DNA from: an uncultured Methanosarcinales archaeon
GTDB lineage: Archaea; Nanobdellota; Nanobdellia; Woesearchaeales; GW2011-AR9
Assembly: GCA_964639875.1 (NCBI GenBank)
Contig: CAZXEM010000003.1
Coordinates: forward strand, 1-44,413
DNA: 44,413 nt
Direction of reading: 5' to 3'
Made by a program: the position numbers and the translations under genes. The notes under the pieces are model-generated. The model was not told the origin of the DNA and ran no database searches. It saw only the letters and a program-made list of their open reading frames with translations. The stretch's first letter is position 1; every line of letters starts with the position of its first letter. Shown here one piece after another: positions 9,730 to 19,430 of the stretch.

Positions 9730-11654
9730 CCTTCAACCACCACAATTTCCATATTAACTTTTTTATTAATTTGATAATCATAGGTTATTTCTGCTTCATA
9801 CTCTTTAAAAATATAATTAGGAGGATTTTTTAAATTATCAGGTACTGTTTTAATAACACAAGTTGGTAAATAAATTATTTTATTATATTTTGAACTTCCT
9901 TTTACAGGAGTAGTACTCCCAACACATTCTGGTTTTACACCTAATAAATCTGCAGGTTCGTCTCCGCTTAAATCAATATTATATTTACTAACTTCTAAAA
10001 TGGTTCCAGAACCAACATTTTCAATATTGGAAGATAATAACATCCCCGTTGAACCTTCAATAATTGGTTTTTCAATCGGGTTACCAAACGCAAAGTTCAT
10101 TCTTGCAAAATCTGCAGGGGCTTGAGATTTAGCATTTGATCCTGAAAAATGTGCTTTCATAATTTTTGGGATCCATTCTTTTTTCCAAACCTCATCTTTC
10201 TCATCACCAATAAATGCCCGTTGTAACCTTGATTTTGTAACTAAATTAATAAAAGTAGCATTATAATTAATTTCATAGCTTCCATTAAGGTATTCGTCAT
10301 TTGGCAATTCAGGTTCACAAATAAAAGATCTACTAATTTCTAGTTCTCCATTAATTGAAAGAACAGCAGGATCATCAGAATTACCCCCACTAACTTTTCC
10401 AAGATAGTTACCGTCTCGTATCCTATTATTAACAAAATTACATGTAATAATAACTTCTATACCCTCTTGTTTACGTGGATTTTTTATTTCCAATTCAATC
10501 GGAAATTTAGCAGTTGTTTTTCCCCCTACTTGAAATGTTTTTTTCGGAAAATAATCACTAACAACCAGTTTAGCTGTTGTTGGCATTTTTATTGTTGGAT
10601 CAATACTACCAGAAATTTGTGTAATTCCTTTATTTCTTTCTTCTTGTTGTTTAACCACACATTTCTTGTAAGAAGTAGTTCCTGGCTTGTACCTTTCTTC
10701 ATGTTCACAGATGTATTCTATCTCTGCAATTTCTTTCTTTTCCTCAACACATTGAGGTAAGTCAGTATATCTTCCTTCAATAAAACATTTCCAATTTAAT
10801 ACTGCAGGATTAGCACTATTTTTTCCTAACTCAGCTCTAGCATCTGCTTGTGTTTTTTCAAATTCAGTCATTGTTGGAAGAACTCCATCTTGAGCATAAG
10901 CAACGCTAGGCATTGAAGGAATAAGAATTGTAAAAATAATGTATAAAATCCCCACAATTTTAGCAGTGTTGATTAAAAAAGCACCAGGGCCTTCCTTTTT
11001 TGTTGGTAAGGTCATTAAACCAAAGAAAGCCCACCAAGGCATGAAAAGGACTAAATTTTTTAGAACCGGAGTGCTAGTTAATCCAAACTCTTTTGCTATA
11101 AAAGAAACTAGGCCTACGTCCATAAATAAAAAAAATACAGGTAAAAGTCCGTAAAGTTCAGGTTTAATCGCTTGACCTTTAGTAAAGATTAAAGGAACAA
11201 TGTAAAACAAAGCACTAAAAGTTCCATAATACATTAAAAATGTAGATTCTCCACTTGAACCAAAAACATACCACCAAACAAAAAAAATAATCATTGGAAT
11301 AAAAACTGCCCAACGATCAGTATCTAACTTGCTTGATAATGCATAACCTGCTAAAATGAATAAAAGTAAAGAAAGAATAGTAGTTACTCCAGAAATGCCC
11401 ATTACTCTTAAAGTATAATGGATAACTCCCAAAATAATCATTAAAAAACTTACCGTCCTTAAAGCACCAGTAGTTTCTTTTATAGCTGTAGCACCAGCAG
11501 CAAAACCAGCTCCACTTATTGCTGAACCGCCCGCACTAACTGCAGAACCAACACCACCAGCAGCTTTTCCTAAAGCTCCACCCGCAACACTACCAATACC
11601 TTTTGCAGCACCACTACCTTTTAAAGCGCCCATTAGTCCTGAAAGTTTACCCAT
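9726..11654 (-). CDS. polytopic membrane protein with Gly/Ala/Ser-rich N-terminus and large extracellular Cys-containing C-terminal domain
   Basis: I use the ATG at 11654, preceded by GAGGTG; the ORF track extends to 11687. About 65 aa of low-complexity G/A/S, then roughly 7 hydrophobic helices, then about 380 aa that are beta-rich with 4 to 8 Cys. Confidence 0.65.
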   Translation of the reverse strand: MGKLSGLMGALKGSGAAKGIGSVAGGALGKAAGGVGSAVSAGGSAISGAGFAAGATAIKETTGALRTVSFLMIILGVIHYTLRVMGISGVTTILSLLLFILAGYALSSKLDTDRWAVFIPMIIFFVWWYVFGSSGESTFLMYYGTFSALFYIVPLIFTKGQAIKPELYGLLPVFFLFMDVGLVSFIAKEFGLTSTPVLKNLVLFMPWWAFFGLMTLPTKKEGPGAFLINTAKIVGILYIIFTILIPSMPSVAYAQDGVLPTMTEFEKTQADARAELGKNSANPAVLNWKCFIEGRYTDLPQCVEEKKEIAEIEYICEHEERYKPGTTSYKKCVVKQQEERNKGITQISGSIDPTIKMPTTAKLVVSDYFPKKTFQVGGKTTAKFPIELEIKNPRKQEGIEVIITCNFVNNRIRDGNYLGKVSGGNSDDPAVLSINGELEISRSFICEPELPNDEYLNGSYEINYNATFINLVTKSRLQRAFIGDEKDEVWKKEWIPKIMKAHFSGSNAKSQAPADFARMNFAFGNPIEKPIIEGSTGMLLSSNIENVGSGTILEVSKYNIDLSGDEPADLLGVKPECVGSTTPVKGSSKYNKIIYLPTCVIKTVPDNLKNPPNYIFKEYEAEITYDYQINKKVNMEIVVVEG

Positions 11655-11703
11655 CTTCACCTCTTTTTTAAAAAAATTAAATAACAATAATAATTTTTAC
11701 AAT

Positions 11704-12903
11704 TTATTTTACTAAATCAACTTTAATTTCTCTTACTTCCAAAGTTTTCTTTGGTTTAACTTTTAAAGCGTTATTTCCCTGAAGTATATCATCACTCAAA
11801 TCTAAAATGTAGGAAAGTTCTTTAGTATCAAAATGTCGCACATGGCCATTAAAAACAATGTTACCATATTTACTAGTTACCACATCAACAAAATCCATCT
11901 TTAACCGAACTCTGAAATCTTCATTAGCAATTTCCTGATACTGTTCATAAGACAATTCAAAATAGTATGTTGGAAATTCAATATCTTTAAGTTTTGATTC
12001 AATCATAATGTGCGAAAGTAAGTATGTGCCTCGTCCTGTACTGAAAACAATTTGGTTTTCTCCCTGAAATAATAATTCTGGAGAAAATTCGATCGGAACA
12101 AAAACTAAATCACAGTCCGGTACGGAAGAATAAATTTCCTGGCCATTAACAGCAATAGCTAACTTTCCAACATCATTATATTTACAAGTTGGTTGAAATT
12201 TAAGAACAACCTTTTCAAGATTACTTTTCTCTGTTTCAGAAACTAAAAACATATTTTTAGAAGATTGAGATTCAACACTAGTAACTTCAGCTACAACCCT
12301 TACATTTTCTAAAGAAACTTCATTAGTTTTCCAAAATGCTATTCCCGGAGAAGATACACTGAAAGTAAGTTCATTATCATTTTGTAACTGACTTTTGGGT
12401 AAATTGATTGGCGTAACTTGACCAGTAATTTCAGAATCAAATATGGTTTCACTGTTCAAAGTAATTACTAACCTTCCTTTAGCTTCTTTAACTTTAAAAC
12501 TTAAAATTAAACCGTTAGTGTTTGCTAAATCAGAAATTGGAAATTGGAAACTTGTTGGTTTATCTGTAAACACTGCTCGCTTAGTATAAACAATATTTTT
12601 TTCTGCAATAATTTGACTTTCTGTTTTTGTAAAAATATTTACCACAGGTAATGAATGTTCAATCTCTCTCTGAGAAAGATAATCAATTCTACCAGGAGAA
12701 ACAGTTAACAAATTTTCTTCTAATTCTGCTTCTTCAAATTCGTCACCAGAATCAGTTTCAACAGTCTCTAACTCTTCACCCAACAATTCGGCCCTTTCAG
12801 CTGGAGCAATAAGAACAACAAACATCACTAATAAGCCGGCAATGATTGCCAGTAATACAGCCGTCCCTGCGGCTGCCTGTCCTCTTTTTATTTTCGCTTT
12901 CAT
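11704..12903 (-). CDS. surface protein with class III (archaeal type IV pilin-like) signal peptide
   Basis: The N-terminus MKAKIKRG/QAAAGTAVLLAIIAGLLVMFVVLI fits the basic-[KR]G-Q-hydrophobic prepilin-peptidase pattern. The remaining roughly 360 aa are beta-rich. First gene of the operon, about 25 nt downstream of a TATA box. Confidence 0.6.
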   Translation of the reverse strand: MKAKIKRGQAAAGTAVLLAIIAGLLVMFVVLIAPAERAELLGEELETVETDSGDEFEEAELEENLLTVSPGRIDYLSQREIEHSLPVVNIFTKTESQIIAEKNIVYTKRAVFTDKPTSFQFPISDLANTNGLILSFKVKEAKGRLVITLNSETIFDSEITGQVTPINLPKSQLQNDNELTFSVSSPGIAFWKTNEVSLENVRVVAEVTSVESQSSKNMFLVSETEKSNLEKVVLKFQPTCKYNDVGKLAIAVNGQEIYSSVPDCDLVFVPIEFSPELLFQGENQIVFSTGRGTYLLSHIMIESKLKDIEFPTYYFELSYEQYQEIANEDFRVRLKMDFVDVVTSKYGNIVFNGHVRHFDTKELSYILDLSDDILQGNNALKVKPKKTLEVREIKVDLVK

Positions 12904-12922
12904 AAAACCTAGATTTTTTTTG

Positions 12923-12933
12923 TTATATATAAA
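12923..12933 (-). promoter_or_regulatory. TATA-like box (TTTATATATAA on minus strand) for the 12903->8315 operon
   Basis: Roughly 20-30 nt upstream of the ATG at 12903, with no SD. Confidence 0.4.
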
Positions 12934-13020
12934 ATATTCTATTTTTAAGAGTATTTAGAATAAAATTATTGAACCTATAAAATAGGAGAAGCTTTTTAAA
13001 AAAAGCAATAAAATGAGGTA

Positions 13021-13962
13021 ATGATGAAAAGTAAACAAATATTTGTAAAAAAGAAAGAAGTTGGAATGTACGGTAAACCTGCTCAAGAAAAAACTACAGA
13101 AGAACTATTAAAGTACGGAATAGTAAACATTGATAAGCCTAAAGGCCCAACTTCACACCAAACTTCTGATCATGTTAAAAAAATATTAAAAATTGGTAAA
13201 GCTGGCCATTCTGGAACACTTGACCCCCAAGTTACGGGAGTGCAACCAATAGCTTTTGGAAAAGCTACGAGAATAACTCAATTTTTTCTTACTGCACCAA
13301 AAGAATATGTTTGTATTATGCATTTACATAAAGATATTGACGAAAAAGTTCTTAAAGAAGGAATCAGCAAATTTATTGGTAAAATCAGACAATTACCTCC
13401 AATAAAAAGTGCAATTAAAAGACAACTTCGAACCAGAGAAATTTATGGATTGGAAATAATTGAAATTGATGAACGAGATGTCTTGTTTAAAGTAAAATGT
13501 CAAGCAGGAACTTATATTAGAAAACTTTGCCATGATATTGGCCAAGAATTAGGCACTGGTGCCCATATGGCAGAATTAAGAAGAACTAAAGCTGGTCCAT
13601 TTGGCGAGGAAGATAGTCTAGTAACTTTAAATGATTTAGCTGACGCTTACCATTTCTATAAAGAAGAAAAAGATGATAAATTTTTACGTTACTGTATCCA
13701 ACCAATAGAAAATACGTTAAAACATCTTTCTAAATGTTGGATATTCGATACAACAATTAAAAGTTTAACTCATGGAAGAGACTTAGCAATCCCAGGAATT
13801 AGTAAGTTGGAAAGTTTTAGAAAAGGTGAAACAATTGCTATTTTAACATTAAAAGGGGAGTTGGTAGCTATTGGAGAATCTTTAATGTCAGCAGTAGAAA
13901 TTAATACTAACAATAAAGGGTTAGCAGTAGATATCCAGAAAGTTTTCATGGACGCTCTTTAA
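13021..13962 (+). CDS. cbf5: tRNA/rRNA pseudouridine synthase Cbf5 (H/ACA RNP catalytic subunit)
   Basis: DKPKGPTSHQ and the catalytic GHSGTLDP motif of TruB/Cbf5. C-terminal PUA-like region. Length 313 aa. Confidence 0.9.
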   Translation: MMKSKQIFVKKKEVGMYGKPAQEKTTEELLKYGIVNIDKPKGPTSHQTSDHVKKILKIGKAGHSGTLDPQVTGVQPIAFGKATRITQFFLTAPKEYVCIMHLHKDIDEKVLKEGISKFIGKIRQLPPIKSAIKRQLRTREIYGLEIIEIDERDVLFKVKCQAGTYIRKLCHDIGQELGTGAHMAELRRTKAGPFGEEDSLVTLNDLADAYHFYKEEKDDKFLRYCIQPIENTLKHLSKCWIFDTTIKSLTHGRDLAIPGISKLESFRKGETIAILTLKGELVAIGESLMSAVEINTNNKGLAVDIQKVFMDAL

Positions 13963-14901
13963 TTAATCAGCGTAGGAATCGTCATCTTTTCCTTTTTTTG
14001 CATTTATTTCTTCTTTAATTAATAATGCTTTGTATTCTTTATTTAATGTTTCTTTTTCTTTAATTAATGAATAAATTTTCTTATAAATTTCTTCTGACTC
14101 AGTCCAAGTTTTGGTTACCTCTTTACTTGAATTAGATACCGTTTCATCAATTTTAATCTCTTTCTCAAAAAAATCTAGTAATTCTTCTAAGTGTTTCTTA
14201 AAATCTTTCCAACTTTTTTTGTGTTCATGAAGACTCTTTTCTAAATCTTCAGATTCTTTAAACAACTCATCAAAAGTATTGTGGATACTTTTACTAAGGT
14301 CAAAACGTTTTTGTTCAATAACTTCGTTTTCTTCTAATAACCCTAAATGTTTAGAAATAAGTTCTTGTTTTTTTTTAATAATCTCTTCTTTTTTAGATTG
14401 ATCAATTTCATTTCCTTTTTTAGATGAACGTCTTAAATTTATATATTCTTTTTTTAACAATCTTTTTTCATTGTCAAGTTCTTTTTTAAGCTTAGGGATT
14501 CTATCTTTTATTTCTTTTTTAATAGATTCAAGTGTATCTTTATAAATTTCTTTTGACTTTTTAAGATAATATTCAACCTCAGAAAACTTACTTAAAACAT
14601 AATTAAAATTTTTCTGTGCATTTTTAACATGATCATGATTTTTATCTTTTAAATACAATTCAATAGAAGCAATAAAAGATTTTAAAAAATGAATGATTTG
14701 TCTATTAATCACCATTATTTCTAAATCATCATGCGTAGCCTTTCTGTTACGTTTAGCATCTTTTTTTTCAGAAATATATTCGTTAAAATAATCATTCCAT
14801 TCTTTTTTATTAATTTTCTCTTCCTTACGTTCTATATTAGCATCCCTTCTTAAAGGACTAAACAAATACTTAAAGATTTTTCCAATAAATCCTAAAACCA
14901 T
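13963..14901 (-). CDS. hypothetical Lys/Glu-rich coiled-coil protein
   Basis: 312-aa ORF that is highly charged and heptad-like throughout. No catalytic motif. Confidence 0.5.
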   Translation of the reverse strand: MVLGFIGKIFKYLFSPLRRDANIERKEEKINKKEWNDYFNEYISEKKDAKRNRKATHDDLEIMVINRQIIHFLKSFIASIELYLKDKNHDHVKNAQKNFNYVLSKFSEVEYYLKKSKEIYKDTLESIKKEIKDRIPKLKKELDNEKRLLKKEYINLRRSSKKGNEIDQSKKEEIIKKKQELISKHLGLLEENEVIEQKRFDLSKSIHNTFDELFKESEDLEKSLHEHKKSWKDFKKHLEELLDFFEKEIKIDETVSNSSKEVTKTWTESEEIYKKIYSLIKEKETLNKEYKALLIKEEINAKKGKDDDSYAD

Positions 14902-14932
14902 AACAAGAGAATAAATATCAAATTATATAAAC

Positions 14933-15529
14933 CTAACTCAATTCTATAACCATCCCTTCCCAGCCAGGATTGATTACGGGAGTTTTACCAATTTTACTGT
15001 TAGCGCCAGCAGTTTCATGAATGTGACCACAAATTGCTAATTTTGGTTTTATTCTTTCAATGAATTTACGAAAATCTTTATTACCAACATGATGATCTTC
15101 TAATAAATCAGCGTCAGTACTAAAAGGAGGTCCGTGAGTTACTAAAATGATTTTATCGTTTTTGTATTTGCCGTACCATTCACGAGAAAGTTTTCTAAAC
15201 TCTTGATCCTGAACAGAAAAACCGCCCTCACCATAACCTAAAAAGACATAATTCCCAATCCGGAAAGCTTTATGATTAAAGTTAATGCAATTCGGATAAT
15301 CTGCAAGAACTTCTTTAAACATACGATCACTTTCATGATTACCAGGAATAATGTAAACTTTTTTCCCGATGTTATTAAATTGTTTAAGAACGTAACGTAA
15401 ACTTCTCCCAAATTCTGTTAAATCACCAGCACAAACAACAAATTCTATGTCGTTCTGACTAGCTCTCTTAACTAGTTCTTTAAGAGCTTTTTTATCTTCA
15501 TGTAAATCTACAAAAGTTAAAAATTTCAT
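14933..15529 (-). CDS. calcineurin-like metallophosphoesterase
   Basis: Motifs VDLHE, GDLTEFG, GNHE, THGPP and GHIHE occur in canonical order. Confidence 0.8.
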   Translation of the reverse strand: MKFLTFVDLHEDKKALKELVKRASQNDIEFVVCAGDLTEFGRSLRYVLKQFNNIGKKVYIIPGNHESDRMFKEVLADYPNCINFNHKAFRIGNYVFLGYGEGGFSVQDQEFRKLSREWYGKYKNDKIILVTHGPPFSTDADLLEDHHVGNKDFRKFIERIKPKLAICGHIHETAGANSKIGKTPVINPGWEGMVIELS

Positions 15530-15557
15530 TATAAAAAAATAATTTAAAAATTAAAAG

Positions 15558-16373
15558 TTATTTTTCTTTTAATTCTTCTTTGTTGTCAGCAGTATTTTTT
15601 TCAGTTTCTGCATCTACTTTCTCAATATCCTCAGTTTCTGGAACAGTTTCAGCTTTTTCTTCAGTAGGAGCTTCTTCTTTCTTTTCCTCTGCTGGAGTTT
15701 TAGCTTCTTCTTTCTCAACTGCCGCTGCAGGAGTTGTTTCCTTTTTCTCTTCTAGAGTTTTATCGTCAACAACAACTTCTTCCTGAATGATTCCTTTTTC
15801 TTGCAATTTCATTGCTCGAACAGTAACTTCTTTAAGAGGATAGATTTTATCTAAATTCTTTTTAAGAGCGAATATTAATCTTCTATTCACTAAAAGAGAA
15901 ATTAAACTTTCAAAACTATTCTTTTTGAATTCTTCATTTAATAATTCTTGTAATCTCTTTCTTAAACCAGTGTGTTTAGATTTTTGTGTTTTACCTCGAG
16001 AAACCATTAAACTTTTAACAATGATTTTTTTCCCGCCTTTAGTAGTCAAAATACAATAATCATCAATCCGGTTAGTGTTCTTTCTTACAACTCTTTTAAT
16101 GTAAGCAGGAGTTAATTCGTAACTAATTATAGATGTATTAAGAGTGTTACCATTAACATTTGTAATTTGAAAACCAATATAAACATTCTGAGCTTTAATA
16201 TTTCCAGTTAAATCTTTAAGGTTAACTTTAAGTTTTCTTCCTACAGCTTTTTCAGGATCAAAAAGATAACTTTCACCAATTTCTTTTTGAGCGAAAATTT
16301 TAGGAGCAATAACTTTATACCATAATTTCTTTTTTACTTTAATTTTACTGACTTTTTTCTTTGCTTTAGCCAT
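15558..16373 (-). CDS. rps3ae: 30S ribosomal protein eS1 (S3Ae) with about 75-aa acidic low-complexity C-terminal extension
   Basis: The N-terminus KKKLWYKVIAPKIF... and the core are colinear with S3Ae. The tail EEKKETTPAAAVEKEEAKTPAEEKKEEAPTEEK... is additional. Confidence 0.9.
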   Translation of the reverse strand: MAKAKKKVSKIKVKKKLWYKVIAPKIFAQKEIGESYLFDPEKAVGRKLKVNLKDLTGNIKAQNVYIGFQITNVNGNTLNTSIISYELTPAYIKRVVRKNTNRIDDYCILTTKGGKKIIVKSLMVSRGKTQKSKHTGLRKRLQELLNEEFKKNSFESLISLLVNRRLIFALKKNLDKIYPLKEVTVRAMKLQEKGIIQEEVVVDDKTLEEKKETTPAAAVEKEEAKTPAEEKKEEAPTEEKAETVPETEDIEKVDAETEKNTADNKEELKEK

Positions 16374-16777
16374 TTTTATAATATTCCTCTAATTGATTAT
16401 ATAGATACCCAATATTTAAGTTAAATTAGGAGAGTTATTTAAAAATGTTTCTAGTTTAAATGACAATAATTTGGTTAGTTGAAAATCTAGATAAATAGTT
16501 TAAACTGAACTTTAATTTTTCTAGTGAAATAATTCCAAAAATCAAAGACCATTTTTTAGAGATAGTGTTACAAAAAAAGCAAATTTTAGTCTTTTTTTGA
16601 AATAAATTACAAATCTGGGCTTCTTTTACAAAAGTAAGCGTTAAAAATCTATCCACTGTAGAATATAAAAGTATTTAAATAGGTACTTTATCCCCTGGTA
16701 TGGTAAAAACTATACTAATATGGGGCAAAGTCATTAGTTTTAAGTTAAATTGTTTAAAAAAGACAAAAAAAGGTAAA

Positions 16778-17560
16778 ATGCAAACAATAGGAATAATAGG
16801 AGGATTAGGACCAGAAGCAACACAACTTCTTTTTAAAAAGATTGTAGATAAAACCCCTGCAGAATATGATCAAGAACACCTTCCACTGATGATTTTTAAT
16901 AATCCTCAAATTCCTGACAGAACTAAAGCCATTCTTTATAATGGAAAAAGTCCTGTGCCAGAATTAATTAGAAGTGCGAGAATCCTAGAGATATCAGGCG
17001 CAGATTTTATTGTTATCCCATGTAATACGGCCCATTGTTTTATTAAAGAAATTGAGAATAAAGTTTCAATACCATTTATTAATATGATTGAAGCAACGGC
17101 CCAAGATATTAAAAGAAAATATCCATTAGTAAAAAAAATCGGACTTTTAGCAACTTCAGGTACAGTGAGTAGCAAAATTTACCATCAAAAATTTTCTAAA
17201 ATAGATATGGAGATTATTACCCCTTCCGAAGATGAACAAGAAAATATTGTTATGGAAAGTGTCTATGGTAAAAAAGGAATTAAAGCAGGAGTTCATGATT
17301 ATCCTGGTAAACAGTTAGAAAGGGCAGGTCGATCATTAATCAATCGAGGAGCAGAATTAATAATTACTGGATGTACAGAAATATCCATTGTGGTAAAACA
17401 AGAAAATGTTGATTACCCAATTGTTGATCCGTTAACAATTTTAGCAGAAAAATCAGTACAAACAGCATTAATCCCAAAAACTTCTATTGACTATGCCCAC
17501 TACAGGTTAGAAAATCTCCCTGAAAAAGAAGTTTTAGAAATCCTTGAAGAGGAAGAATAA
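16778..17560 (+). CDS. aspartate racemase (Asp/Glu/hydantoin racemase family)
   Basis: I use the ATG at 16778 (MQTIGIIGGLGPEAT). Two catalytic Cys motifs are present, IPCNTAH and TGCTE. Confidence 0.85.
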   Translation: MQTIGIIGGLGPEATQLLFKKIVDKTPAEYDQEHLPLMIFNNPQIPDRTKAILYNGKSPVPELIRSARILEISGADFIVIPCNTAHCFIKEIENKVSIPFINMIEATAQDIKRKYPLVKKIGLLATSGTVSSKIYHQKFSKIDMEIITPSEDEQENIVMESVYGKKGIKAGVHDYPGKQLERAGRSLINRGAELIITGCTEISIVVKQENVDYPIVDPLTILAEKSVQTALIPKTSIDYAHYRLENLPEKEVLEILEEEE

Positions 17561-18439
17561 ATGGTAAAAGTTGCAATTTTACATCAAGATATAGAGTGGT
17601 CAGAAAAACAATTCCAAGAAAGTTTTTCTAAAAAAAATATTGAGGTTGAGATGTATGATGTTAGAACCACTTCGCTAGATGAATTATTAAAATACGATTT
17701 AGTGATCAATAGAGTTTATGCTAGTGTAGCTAACAGAAATTACCCAGATAATTTAAAAACATTAGAACTCTTAGAAGAACTTGAAAATAATAATGTTTTA
17801 TGTTTAAATTCTGCATTAACTACCAAAGTTGATTATTTTAAAGATTATGCCGCAATGATGCAAGAAGAAGCAGGGTTAATAACTCCAAAGACAAGAATAT
17901 TTAGAAATGCAGAAGAAGCAAAGGAAATTTCTGAAGAATTAGGTTTTCCATTAATTATGAAAAGGAATACAGGTGGAAGAGCAGTAGATTTAAGAAAAAT
18001 TGATAACGAATCAGAATTAGACCAGTATTTATCTACCCATAAAAATCATTATGGTGGAGATTATATTTTACAAGAATTTTTGACAAGCAGTTTACCTTAT
18101 GATTATCGAGTTACAATTATCGAAGACCAATTAGCTTTTGCTTACAAGAGAAGTTTATTATCAGTAAATGAGGATGAAGATCCTTGGCTTGCAAGTGTTT
18201 CAAAAGGTTCAAGTAGAGAATTATGTACTCTGCCCGAAGAAGTACTTGATGTTGCATTGAAAGGAGCAAAAAGTATCAAAGCATTTTATGATTCAATGGA
18301 CATTATTGTTACGAATGAAGGACCAGCAATCATTGAACATAACCCAACCCCAAATTATAGTTGCACTGCTGAAGAAATTGAAAAAAGCGAACAGTTCATT
18401 GATGAGGTAACAGAAATAATTACCCACTATATTAATTGA
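17561..18439 (+). CDS. ATP-grasp ligase, RimK/LysX family-like
   Basis: Starts immediately after the racemase stop. The N-terminal pre-ATP-grasp domain (KVAILHQDIEWSEKQF) is colinear with LysX/RimK. Central GFPLIMKRNTGGRAVDL and a C-terminal ...IIEHNPTPN. Confidence 0.75.
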   Translation: MVKVAILHQDIEWSEKQFQESFSKKNIEVEMYDVRTTSLDELLKYDLVINRVYASVANRNYPDNLKTLELLEELENNNVLCLNSALTTKVDYFKDYAAMMQEEAGLITPKTRIFRNAEEAKEISEELGFPLIMKRNTGGRAVDLRKIDNESELDQYLSTHKNHYGGDYILQEFLTSSLPYDYRVTIIEDQLAFAYKRSLLSVNEDEDPWLASVSKGSSRELCTLPEEVLDVALKGAKSIKAFYDSMDIIVTNEGPAIIEHNPTPNYSCTAEEIEKSEQFIDEVTEIITHYIN

Positions 18440-18455
18440 AAGAGAAAATAGATAA

Positions 18456-19430
18456 ATGGACAAAATGATAAAATTAGGATTTGTTGCAGAACTGGATTTA
18501 AGAGAAGAGAACCAAAATTATCCCGTAACTAAAAAACAAATCCAAGAATATTTCGGCCCATTATCAGAACAGGGCCTAGACACATATATCTTTAGTTGGA
18601 AAAGTTTAACAGATCAAGGAACAGTAAATGAAGCATATTCAATAAATGAAGGAAAAACAAAAGAGTTAGACCTTAGTAAAGAGTTAGATATAGTTTTTAC
18701 AAAACAATTAGGCAATATCGCTAATTGCCCTCAAGAATTTCTTGATTATTTAACTTACCTGGGCAATGTTAATACCATTAAAGTCAATGAACCGGACAGG
18801 ATGAGATCAAATTTAGACAAAAACTATTTGATAAATTTACAAAAAGAAGGTTTTCCAGTAGTACCAACAGTTAATGTTTATAACCGCAAATTGGAAGAAC
18901 TTTTAGAGTATGATTTTGGAATAGAACATGAAGATATAATTTTAAAACCGAGAATATTTGGAGAATCAGGAAATGGAATTGTTAAATTATCTGATTTCAA
19001 AGGCGATGAAGAAGAATTCAACAGATATATAGACCAGAATCAACCAGTAATTGCTCAACCGATGATGAAAGAAATATTTCAAGGAGAAAAATCTTTAATT
19101 TTTTTAGGTGAAGAATTTTCTCACGGAATAACTAAAAAATCCACCACAGACAATTATAAAATTAACATTTCTTTCGGTACCGAATATGCCCGTTATTTTC
19201 CGAAACAAAATGAACTGGAGATGGCCCATAATATCATTGAACATTATAATGATCAGAATCAAATGACAAGAATAGATTTTTTAGATACTAAAGAAGGACC
19301 AAGAATTATGGAAGTTGAAAGGATAAATCCATCAACGTATACAACTCAAGTTGGCTTGGCCCACCATTTTTGTGATAACTTAGCAAAATTTATTAAAAGG
19401 GTTTACACAGAACAAAAAATTAATTATTAA
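18456..19430 (+). CDS. second ATP-grasp-like ligase (divergent)
   Basis: Central EGFPVVPT...IILKPRIFGESGNGIV (Lys/Gly-loop pattern) and C-terminal RIDFLDT..GPRIMEVERINPS (Mg/ATP acidic residues). The N-terminal domain is unassigned. Confidence 0.6.
   Translation: MDKMIKLGFVAELDLREENQNYPVTKKQIQEYFGPLSEQGLDTYIFSWKSLTDQGTVNEAYSINEGKTKELDLSKELDIVFTKQLGNIANCPQEFLDYLTYLGNVNTIKVNEPDRMRSNLDKNYLINLQKEGFPVVPTVNVYNRKLEELLEYDFGIEHEDIILKPRIFGESGNGIVKLSDFKGDEEEFNRYIDQNQPVIAQPMMKEIFQGEKSLIFLGEEFSHGITKKSTTDNYKINISFGTEYARYFPKQNELEMAHNIIEHYNDQNQMTRIDFLDTKEGPRIMEVERINPSTYTTQVGLAHHFCDNLAKFIKRVYTEQKINY

Noticed and set aside
16456-16656. 66-aa minus-strand ORF in the long rps3ae/racemase spacer.
   Set aside because: It has no TATA or SD in a suitable position, and its composition (F/L/I/K/C-rich) is typical of random AT-rich frames. 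I treat it as non-coding spacer.
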